A DNA stretch of 5,893 nt, from IMG/VR virus record IMGVR_UViG_3300045988_013400. One strand, given 5' to 3'. The translations under genes and the position numbers were made by a program. The number at the start of each line of letters is the position of its first letter. Positions within the stretch are counted from its first letter, which is position 1. Under the pieces are notes generated by a model, which saw nothing but the letters and a program-made list of their open reading frames with translations, ran no database searches and was not told the DNA's origin. Shown in pieces: positions 1 through 5,105 of this stretch. The stretch is from a virus.

Positions 1-99
1 ATTTTTTTTGTGACGTATCCTGCAACATATCTATATGTTTCTGGCACTGCTTGTGCTATCTGTATTTGACCCATGCCCCATAGGTTCGCTAGCCATTCA
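1..99. repeat. Terminal overlap copy A, identical to 5795..5893. This is the circular-contig closure of a 5,794-nt genome, not a biological terminal repeat.
   Basis: Base-by-base comparison: attttttttgtgacgtatcctgcaacatatctatatg...cgctagccattca occurs at 1..99 and again at 5795..5893. A single open reading frame (Rep) reads straight through the junction. Confidence 0.95.
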
Positions 100-662
100 C
101 TCGTAAAGTATCCGTTGTGTTGTATCTTGTATAGGTGTTTTAGGTCTGTTGGCTGCCATCCATACAGTATCATGTGATAATGTGGTCTTGCTGTCTGTTC
201 TCCGTACTCTCCCGCTACAAAATAGCGTAATTTGCCCCTATAAGCCTTTCTGAGACGTTTTAAGAATTTTTGAATGTCAGTATATAGCAACGTTTGGACG
301 CTTTCAGGGCGCTTCTCTCCCGGTTTCCAGACGTATTGCACTTTTCGCATGATTTCACCTGTTTTTACTATCATGCCCGGTACGTGATTATCATCATAGG
401 TTAGTGTAATAAACCAGACTTGCTCTTTTGGATAATCTCGTGCTTCTAATTCTATTCGTGTTGTCCAGTCCTCTTTTTGTCTGATTCTGCATCCGATGCA
501 CTGTCCGCATGGTATTAGCATGACATTTTTTCTGTACATCAGGTCTTCATATTTTAGCTGTTTCCCGCTTATTTCAGAAAAGCGGGCAAGTGAATACACC
601 CGCCCGCTTACGTCTTTATTTTCCGGGTTGTACAGCCTTATTAATGGCTTGTAACAACTCAT
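1..662 (-). CDS. VP4: Replication initiator VP4 (HUH rolling-circle endonuclease), 5' portion. The gene is complement(join(5437..5794,1..662)) on the circle, 339 aa in total.
   Basis: Absent from the ORF track because it runs off the window edge. Hand translation of the - strand in the frame of ORF 5437..5868 is open from the ATG at 662..660, with an in-frame TGA just upstream at 674..672. It reads MSCYKPLIRLYNPENKDVSGRVYSLARFSEISGKQLKYEDLMYRKNVMLIPCGQCIGCRIRQKEDWTTRIELEARDYPKEQVWFITLTYDDNHVPG...ARPHYHMILYGWQPTDLKHLYKIQHNGYFTSEWLANLWG and then joins MGQIQIAQAVPETYRYVAGYVTKK. Motifs seen: CGxCxGC, FITLTY (motif I), HYHMILY (HUH motif II), and YVAGYVTKK (two-tyrosine motif III, compare phiX174 protein A YVAKYVNKK). 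The ATG overlaps the VP2 stop as ATGA, and a GGGTGAT Shine-Dalgarno lies 8 nt upstream. Confidence 0.92.
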   Translation of the reverse strand, partial: MSCYKPLIRLYNPENKDVSGRVYSLARFSEISGKQLKYEDLMYRKNVMLIPCGQCIGCRIRQKEDWTTRIELEARDYPKEQVWFITLTYDDNHVPGMIVKTGEIMRKVQYVWKPGEKRPESVQTLLYTDIQKFLKRLRKAYRGKLRYFVAGEYGEQTARPHYHMILYGWQPTDLKHLYKIQHNGYFTSEWLANLWGMGQIQIAQAVPETYRYVAGYVTKK

Positions 663-1528
663 TTTAAATAATCACCCGGCTTTCGTTTTTCTCCGTATGA
701 CCCGGTTTTGTCTTGCGGTTTCATACTTCTGCTTTGTTCTGTGCCTTTTTGTTTTCCTACTTTATCTGTTGCCTTTGTGATGGCTTTGCTTGTGTTGTCT
801 TGGACTTCTGTAAGTGCTTTTTGCAGTCCGTACGGTGACATATGCGTTTCGCTAAGCATTTGTTGCCAGCTTTGCGCAGCGTTGTACCAGTCGCTTTGAC
901 TCCAGCTTGAACTTGAGTATGCATTTGGTACAAACCCGCCGCTTCTGCTTACTCCTAGTGCGCTGCTGCTTGCAAGCCCCATACTTGCCCCGCTGATTGT
1001 TCCTGCTGACCCGCCCGGTGTGCTTGCTCCACCGTTTGCAAATGCTAAGATTGGGTTAAGCCCTGCTTTTTTCATATCTTCAACGGCTCTTTGATATGCT
1101 GTACTGCTCATGTGCTCTTGCCATTCGCGGTTTGCTAGTGCTTCTGCACTGTTGTAGTTCATTGCTACGCTGTTTTCGATGTGGTTATATACGCCCTGCA
1201 TGATTGCTTGTAAGGTGTTATACCCCATTTGTTTAAGCATACTTTGACTGTTGTATTTGCCTTGCATGGCAGCTTCTTGCCCTTGGTATGCGTATGCCTT
1301 TTTAAGCCAGTCATCAACTTGCTGTATGTTTGTTCCTGATTGGCTTCCGCTCTCGGAGTGTCCACCGCCTTGGCTTATGCTGCCGCCTTGGCTTTGGCTG
1401 CCGCCTTCTTGACCCCATCCGCCAAATGCTCCGGCGATCTGTTTACCAGCGTTTGCAAATGTTCCAACTGTGCTTGCAATGTTTCCGGCCACGTTGAGCG
1501 CTGTTAAGAATCCTGATAATCCCGCCAT
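659..1528 (-). CDS. VP2: Minor capsid / DNA pilot protein VP2 (289 aa)
   Basis: ATG-started ORF immediately downstream of VP1. It carries the gokushovirus VP2 signature EWQEHMSSTAYQRAVEDMKKAGLNPILA, a hydrophobic/Gly-rich N-terminus, a GGSxSQ low-complexity repeat and a basic C-terminus. The stop TGA (661..659) overlaps the Rep ATG. Confidence 0.85.
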   Translation of the reverse strand: MAGLSGFLTALNVAGNIASTVGTFANAGKQIAGAFGGWGQEGGSQSQGGSISQGGGHSESGSQSGTNIQQVDDWLKKAYAYQGQEAAMQGKYNSQSMLKQMGYNTLQAIMQGVYNHIENSVAMNYNSAEALANREWQEHMSSTAYQRAVEDMKKAGLNPILAFANGGASTPGGSAGTISGASMGLASSSALGVSRSGGFVPNAYSSSSWSQSDWYNAAQSWQQMLSETHMSPYGLQKALTEVQDNTSKAITKATDKVGKQKGTEQSRSMKPQDKTGSYGEKRKPGDYLK

Positions 1529-1530
1529 TT

Positions 1531-1557
1531 TAAAAATAGCCCGGATTTCTCCGGGCT
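1531..1557 (-). terminator. Stem-loop plus T-run between VP1 and VP2. Candidate leaky intrinsic terminator/attenuator or mRNA-stabilising hairpin.
   Basis: The - strand reads AGCCCGGA-gaaa-TCCGGGCT (8-bp stem, 1557..1550 pairing with 1545..1538, GAAA tetraloop), followed by ATTTTTAAA and then the VP2 ATG (1528). The only Shine-Dalgarno (GGAGG, 1563..1559) sits upstream of the hairpin. Confidence 0.5.
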
Positions 1558-1567
1558 TCCTCCTTTC

Positions 1568-3250
1568 TTACAGTTTGTACAAGCCCGGTACGCTGTACAG
1601 TGGCATCCGTCTTGTGGTTTTGTTTGCTACTCGGATAGCTCCGAAAAATTGCGGTTCGTTCTCTACGATCAATGTCCTTGCGATTTCTTTTTTTCCTTCT
1701 GCCATCCACTCTTGCGATAGCATCGGCACGGTTGAATAGTTGTCGGCATAGTGCCAGAAATCTAATGTACCACTCGCGTTACTTCGCATTTTGCCAGATA
1801 CTCGATTCGGTTTCATTCTGTAGTCTGCCCATGCTTCTTGATAACCAAATGTTTCTTCATCTGTCGTATTGCCTGTGAGCATGATTTCTTTCTTTTTTAC
1901 CGGCTGCTCGCCAATATTTGCAAATTGAGGCACGTAATAGTCCAGTCTGTCCGTTCTGCTCCAGAAACGTTCAAGTCCCTGCTGGTACGAGTGATTGTGT
2001 CTCACGCAACAGACGCCGATTACAAAGCCGTGCTCCTCGAAAGATTTTGTGAAACTGCTTTCATTGATTGGCGTTACTGACATTGCGCCAGTTTCGCCGA
2101 TCGGCGTATTCTCGTTGGTCTGCTGTCCGCTGGTCTGTACGATCTGGTTAATATTGACGTGGTATCTGCCACCGCCAAGATATTCCGGCACTTGTACGGT
2201 TTTATCCGAGATAGTTACATCCCACAGTGCTTGTACCTGTTCGCGGTATCTGCTGCCACCTCTTGCAAGTGCTTCATAGTACTGCTGCACTGCTACGGCT
2301 TTTCTCAGTTCGTTAATGGTTGTTGCAGTTACTGCGCCGATGTCTGCATACATCCACCCTCCCGCGCCTAATTCGTTGGATATTTTTTCTTTTCCGGTAA
2401 ACTGCATCGCTTTTTTTTCTCCGGGTGCTCCTGTGGCATTTGTATAGCTCAGAGAGCCCGGCACGTCTGCACCGCTAGCGGCTACTACCATTTCTACCGG
2501 TCCTTTGAAATTCATGTAAGTTCCATTAGGGTCCCCTAATCTGATAGGTGCATTTCCTGTCATCGGCAGTGCCACTTCCGGCCCGCGTTGAGGATATGGC
2601 AAACAGCTTGTGAAGTAGTCGTGGAATTTGTTTACCGGTAAACATCTTCCCCCTGTTATTGCGTTTTTTAGCGCTTCTTCTATCGTTTCGCTTTGGGTGA
2701 TTTCCGTGTATGAAACGTCGCTGTCGTCTGTTTTGAATACTGCTGCATTACCTACGTTTTCGTCTCGGAAATATTCGTTCCATATTTTGACGTATGCTCG
2801 TACGGGCAGCGCGTTAATTTTGAAAGTCTTGTTTACTTTTGTCGGCACTCCCATATAGTCGAGAATTGAACCTTCCATTGGATATGTTGGATTGTTGTCG
2901 TTGCTTACTCTGATTTCTGGTACTTTATAGGTTTTTTCTGGCGACCATGGTCTTTCTTCTACTTCTCCCATGAATTGTTTGAAATGATCCCATAAGATTC
3001 TATTTGGACAGTAGAAATAGTAGAAGTCAATGAATGCATCGTCCATCACCGGATATTTTGGCGTTGTCATTCGGATGATCGCTGACGTGTCCACACTAAA
3101 TGTGTCGCCCGGCAATACTTCGTCTACGTAAAACGGAATCAATTTGCCGGAATCAAACGTTGTTAAAATCGTCTGGTCGCGGTTAAACCGTGTCCGGCTT
3201 GCTCTCATTTCTGGAATCTGGTTGAAGTGCCGTTCATTGTTTCGATTCAC
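1568..3250 (-). CDS. VP1: Major capsid protein VP1 (560 aa, phiX174 F-protein homologue, gokushovirus-size)
   Basis: The N-terminus HFNQIPEMRASRTRFNRDQTILTTFDSGKLIPFYVDEVLPGDTF is the canonical Microviridae capsid N-terminal signature. The 560-aa length, with a long central insertion, matches Gokushovirinae rather than the ~426-aa phiX-like F. The start is GTG at 3250..3248, preceded by AGGAG (3262..3258) at a 7-nt spacing. The next in-frame ATG would remove the conserved HFNQIP segment. Confidence 0.95.
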   Translation of the reverse strand: MNRNNERHFNQIPEMRASRTRFNRDQTILTTFDSGKLIPFYVDEVLPGDTFSVDTSAIIRMTTPKYPVMDDAFIDFYYFYCPNRILWDHFKQFMGEVEERPWSPEKTYKVPEIRVSNDNNPTYPMEGSILDYMGVPTKVNKTFKINALPVRAYVKIWNEYFRDENVGNAAVFKTDDSDVSYTEITQSETIEEALKNAITGGRCLPVNKFHDYFTSCLPYPQRGPEVALPMTGNAPIRLGDPNGTYMNFKGPVEMVVAASGADVPGSLSYTNATGAPGEKKAMQFTGKEKISNELGAGGWMYADIGAVTATTINELRKAVAVQQYYEALARGGSRYREQVQALWDVTISDKTVQVPEYLGGGRYHVNINQIVQTSGQQTNENTPIGETGAMSVTPINESSFTKSFEEHGFVIGVCCVRHNHSYQQGLERFWSRTDRLDYYVPQFANIGEQPVKKKEIMLTGNTTDEETFGYQEAWADYRMKPNRVSGKMRSNASGTLDFWHYADNYSTVPMLSQEWMAEGKKEIARTLIVENEPQFFGAIRVANKTTRRMPLYSVPGLYKL

Positions 3251-3254
3251 TTTT

Positions 3255-3671
3255 TTACTCCTTTTCCGTCATTTTGCTATTCGTTTGCGCCTGATCGGTG
3301 CTTTTTGCATTGTCTGTTTTCGTCATTTTAGACAATTCTTTAAGCTTCATTGCGTTTGCTTGTGCGGTCGCAATCATGCGGTGATACTCATGAATGTTTT
3401 GCGGAAATTCGGTGATGTCCACTTCTGCCCCCGTCATTGCTCCTTCGGATAAGCTTTTAAGGAACTGCGGGTCAAAACTAGCTTTTCGGACGATGCTTTT
3501 GATATCACATTCGTCTGCATAGCTTTCGATCTCCTGTTGAATGTCGATCGGTGCTGTTTCTTGGAGTACTTCTTCCCCGTTTTCGTCTTTCACCCAGACG
3601 TATTGTTTCCGGAATTTTTCTCCGCTTTCAGAAAAGAAGGGCTTTCGCCCTTCTTCATATCGTTTATTCAT
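3255..3671 (-). CDS. VP3: Putative internal scaffolding protein (VP3-like), 138 aa from the ATG at 3671
   Basis: Lies directly upstream of VP1. It is acidic and helical, with ADECDIKSIVRKASFDP resembling the ...CDIN.I..RF... core of gokushovirus VP3 as I recall it. The track start at 3710 is a TTG. The ATG at 3671..3669 has GGGAGGG (3686..3680) upstream and overlaps the preceding gene's stop (ATGAATAA). The family assignment rests on a remembered motif and on gene position only. Confidence 0.55.
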   Translation of the reverse strand: MNKRYEEGRKPFFSESGEKFRKQYVWVKDENGEEVLQETAPIDIQQEIESYADECDIKSIVRKASFDPQFLKSLSEGAMTGAEVDITEFPQNIHEYHRMIATAQANAMKLKELSKMTKTDNAKSTDQAQTNSKMTEKE

Positions 3672-3903
3672 GCGGCTTGCCCTCCCAGACTTTTTCGTTG
3701 TCGTTGACAAATTCGCCGTTTTCGTCGTTGAATTTTGCTAACTTATAGCCGGTATAATCTTCCGGCGACTGCCCTACAAAGGTTTTTTCGTCCTTTGCCA
3801 TTACATTGCACATTCTTGCAAACGTTGCGTTGTTCTTATTCTCGCCTACCCATGCATAGCATTTTGCTACGTTGTCCCATAGTCCATAATACAGATGCTC
3901 CAT
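3664..3903 (-). CDS. VP5: VP5-like non-structural protein (79 aa from the ATG at 3903), possibly involved in ssDNA synthesis/packaging
   Basis: MEHLYYGLWDNVAKCY...ATFARMC...SPEDYTGYKLAKFNDENGEFV follows the pattern I associate with chlamydiaphage/gokushovirus VP5 (short N-terminal beta strand ..D.KA..y, A.R.F, PEDY.LY.iG.fDd.tG.f). The track start at 3936 is a GTG that overlaps the ORF8-like gene. The ATG at 3903..3901 has AAGGA at a 7-nt spacing. Confidence 0.55.
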   Translation of the reverse strand: MEHLYYGLWDNVAKCYAWVGENKNNATFARMCNVMAKDEKTFVGQSPEDYTGYKLAKFNDENGEFVNDNEKVWEGKPHE

Positions 3904-3919
3904 TGTCTTTTCCTTTCTT

Positions 3920-4021
3920 TTACAGCCGGATGCCACCGCGCATGGGCTTCTGGTTAAGGTTGATAGCTTTCGTCTTTCTCGCGGTTACGTTGAACATGTG
4001 GCGATCTTTTGCGCCGCTCAT
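3920..4021 (-). CDS. ORF8: Small basic DNA-binding protein (gokushovirus ORF8 / phiX174 J-like), 33 aa. Not in the supplied ORF track.
   Basis: Hand translation from ATG 4021..4019 to TAA 3922..3920 gives MSGAKDRHMFNVTARKTKAINLNQKPMRGGIRL. It has 8 K/R in 33 aa and a C-terminal F..TA.kt...N......MRGGIRL, which matches my memory of chlamydiaphage ORF8 ending ..LFSRTA......N....IMRGGIRF. It fills an otherwise unexplained 89-nt gap in a gapless genome and starts 4 nt after the upstream stop. There is no strong Shine-Dalgarno, so expression is probably by translational coupling. Confidence 0.65.
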   Translation of the reverse strand: MSGAKDRHMFNVTARKTKAINLNQKPMRGGIRL

Positions 4022-4025
4022 TTTC

Positions 4026-4253
4026 TTACGATGTTGTGCCATCGTTATACTCCCTTCTGATTAGTTCCATTTCAATGGCGTTTGCAAAGCTTTTCACTTG
4101 CCAAGTTTCTTCTACTAGCCTTTTAGCGTCTTCGATATTTGCCACTTTTCTAAGCATTTTGTAATTGCCATCGATTTCTTTATACTTTCGTTCGAGTAGT
4201 TCTTCCAGTGCTTCTTTGGTCTGATCTCGCACGTTCCATGTCTTGTTCATCAT
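4026..4253 (-). CDS. Hypothetical protein, 75 aa, predicted all-helical and highly charged, with no recognisable family
   Basis: ATG at 4253..4251 with AGGAG (4264..4260) at a 6-nt spacing. It starts 3 nt after the upstream stop and has the same strand and codon style as its neighbours. No transmembrane segment or motif was recognised. Confidence 0.6.
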   Translation of the reverse strand: MMNKTWNVRDQTKEALEELLERKYKEIDGNYKMLRKVANIEDAKRLVEETWQVKSFANAIEMELIRREYNDGTTS

Positions 4254-4256
4254 GGC

Positions 4257-4379
4257 TTACTCCTTTTTTTCTTCGTTGATACTGTCGTGCAGTGCATGAT
4301 AGATTTCGTCAAGCTTTTCGAGAATCTGCATCATAATGCGAATTGCCTGCTTGACGTCTTTAATGCTGATTAGTGCCAT
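4257..4379 (-). CDS. Hypothetical small protein, 40 aa (MALISIKDVKQAIRIMMQILEKLDEIYHALHDSINEEKKE)
   Basis: The track ORF 4257..4451 starts at a GTG inside the peptidase gene. The ATG at 4379..4377 lies 1 nt after the peptidase TAA and is preceded by GGGGG (4390..4386) at a 6-nt spacing. The product looks like a single amphipathic helix. It is short, so the coding call rests on the Shine-Dalgarno site and the tight packing. Confidence 0.45.
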   Translation of the reverse strand: MALISIKDVKQAIRIMMQILEKLDEIYHALHDSINEEKKE

Positions 4380-4380
4380 T

Positions 4381-4773
4381 TTATACCCCCTTTCTGTATT
4401 TTTCATTTCGTGTGTCGAAATGTACCCAGTTGTCATATACGATGATGCCACCGCTGTTTGGCACGATGCTGTTTAGTACTTTTGCAAGTTCCTTTGGCGT
4501 TATTCCGTTCGCTCTGATGTCTGCTGCCATGCCTCTTGTATGGTAGCTGTATTTTGCTCCGCCTACTTTTTGGTTGTGGCTTACTGTGCGGTATCCGCTT
4601 GTGATTACAATCGGCTTATTGATTTTTTTTCGCGCGATTTCTAGAATGACTGCTAAATAATCGTCAACGAATACGATTGGCGTTCCGTCTTTGCATGCAA
4701 ATTCTTTTACTTTGAAGTGGTCTGTAACTTGTTCGTTTCCTTGCGCTTCTGCTAGATACGCTTTGATTTCCAT
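4381..4773 (-). CDS. Peptidase M15A-family (VanY/hedgehog-fold zinc D,D- or L,D-peptidase) cell-wall hydrolase, 130 aa, putative endolysin
   Basis: Motifs seen: ITSGYRTVSHNQKVGGAKYSYHTRGMAADI, which contains SGYR and the H-x6-D zinc ligands, and the third ligand in NWVHFD. This is the Peptidase_M15_3 / M15A pattern. The track start at 4848 is a TTG lying inside the promoter. The ATG at 4773..4771 (MEIKAYLAEAQ...) has AAAGGAG (AGGAG core at 4786..4782) at an 8-nt spacing. No signal peptide, transmembrane segment or cell-wall-binding domain is visible. Confidence 0.85.
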   Translation of the reverse strand: MEIKAYLAEAQGNEQVTDHFKVKEFACKDGTPIVFVDDYLAVILEIARKKINKPIVITSGYRTVSHNQKVGGAKYSYHTRGMAADIRANGITPKELAKVLNSIVPNSGGIIVYDNWVHFDTRNEKYRKGV

Positions 4774-4810
4774 GCCCTTTACTCCTTTCGTTTTCTGCAA
4801 TTCACATTGC

Positions 4811-4848
4811 ATTATAAGTATTTTATCATTTGTCAAGTCTTTTTTCAA
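4811..4848 (-). promoter_or_regulatory. Sigma-70/SigA-type promoter(s) driving the whole - strand gene string
   Basis: The - strand reads TTGAAA (4848..4843), a 17-nt spacer ending in TGa, then TAAAAT (4825..4820), which is a good -35 / extended -10 arrangement. Nested within it are a perfect TTGACA (4836..4831) and a perfect TATAAT (4816..4811), but these have only a 14-nt spacer. An AT-rich UP-like tract lies upstream (4849..4873). The first gene's Shine-Dalgarno and ATG follow about 30-45 nt downstream. Confidence 0.55.
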
Positions 4849-4873
4849 TATTTGTAATTATATTGTAATATTC

Positions 4874-4924
4874 ACTGTGCAAACTGGCAAGGTTGCCGCA
4901 GGCAATTTTGCCTTTTTGCACAGT
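4874..4924. repeat. 51-nt near-perfect palindrome (long hairpin/cruciform) built from alternating GGCAA/TTGCC pentamers
   Basis: Positions 4874..4897 pair with 4924..4901 around a 3-nt loop (GCA, 4898..4900). Of 24 positions, 20 are Watson-Crick pairs, 2 are G.T (4891/4907, 4892/4906) and 2 are mismatches (4884/4914, 4885/4913). Pentamers: GGCAA at 4886 and 4901, TTGCC at 4893 and 4908. Confidence 0.9.
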
Positions 4925-4925
4925 T

Positions 4926-4940
4926 CTTGCCGTAGGCAAG
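4926..4940. repeat. Second TTGCC-N3-GGCAA palindrome (cTTGCCgtaGGCAAg)
   Basis: A 6-bp stem with a 3-nt loop. It has the same 13-bp TTGCC-N3-GGCAA core as 4893..4905, and the two centres are 34 bp apart. Confidence 0.85.
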
Positions 4941-4953
4941 TTGTTAGCTCACT

Positions 4954-4991
4954 CTAACCGGTGCCCAGTTAGTCAGGCTAACCGTTTTCAA
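4954..4991 (+). repeat. 38-nt direct repeat copy A: one 24-nt hairpin unit ctaaccggtgcccagttagtcagg followed by ctaaccgttttcaa
   Basis: Identical at every base to 5391..5428. The unit folds as CTAACcGG-tgc-CCaGTTAG (8-bp stem with one mismatch). Confidence 0.95.
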
Positions 4992-5105
4992 AGTTTTCAA
5001 CACTTTCAACACTTTCAACAGGTTTTCAACAAAATGTTGCACAATGATTTTCGTCATTTTGACGAACTTTCAACAATTCAACAAGTTTTCAACAAAACTT
5101 TCAAC
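4986..5105. repeat. Iteron array: TTTCAAC(A) direct repeats in two clusters flanking a small hairpin
   Basis: Exact TTTCAAC begins at 4995, 5004, 5013 and 5024 (spacings 9, 9, 11) and at 5068, 5087 and 5099, with variants at 4986 (TTTCAAA) and 5076 (ATTCAAC). Outlying exact copies begin at 5153 and 5423. All are in the same orientation, and I found no exact copy in the coding regions by eye. Between the clusters, TTCGTC-atttt-GACGAA (5050..5066) forms a 6-bp hairpin. Confidence 0.9.

Noticed and set aside
2-9. A8/T8 homopolymer runs (2..9 = 5796..5803 in Rep, 2411..2418 in VP1, 4623..4630 in the peptidase) as possible slippage or frameshift sites
   Set aside because: Each simply encodes Lys-Lys in frame, and no alternative-frame ORF continues downstream. 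They are noted only as places where sequencing indels could break the ORFs.
1-99. The terminal direct repeat as a genuine DTR/LTR or transposon end
   Set aside because: The Rep ORF reads continuously through it and the family is known to have circular genomes. A 99-nt exact overlap is typical of circular-contig assembly.
1165-1365. - strand 66-aa ORF in an alternative frame inside VP2, considered as an overlapping lysis gene analogous to phiX174 E
   Set aside because: It has no transmembrane segment, it is basic and hydrophilic, and no Shine-Dalgarno site precedes its start. It is most likely a chance open frame.
708-3452. Numerous + strand ORFs of 63-102 aa (708..899, 1470..1739, 1672..1878, 1838..2080, 1995..2279, 2159..2371, 2628..2858, 3144..3452)
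   Set aside because: All lie antisense to the well-supported VP2, VP1 and VP3 genes. Their translations are Cys/Phe/Leu-rich shadow sequence with no motifs and no Shine-Dalgarno sites. Microviridae genomes are transcribed from one strand.
3704-3709. A perfect TTGACA on the + strand that could suggest an antisense promoter
   Set aside because: It lies inside coding sequence, I saw no convincing -10 element at 16 to 18 nt, and it has no downstream + strand gene. An isolated hexamer like this is expected by chance.
3541-4064. + strand ORFs 3541..3741, 3551..3748 and 3735..4064
   Set aside because: They are antisense shadows of the VP3, VP5-like and ORF8-like genes and have the same low-complexity character.
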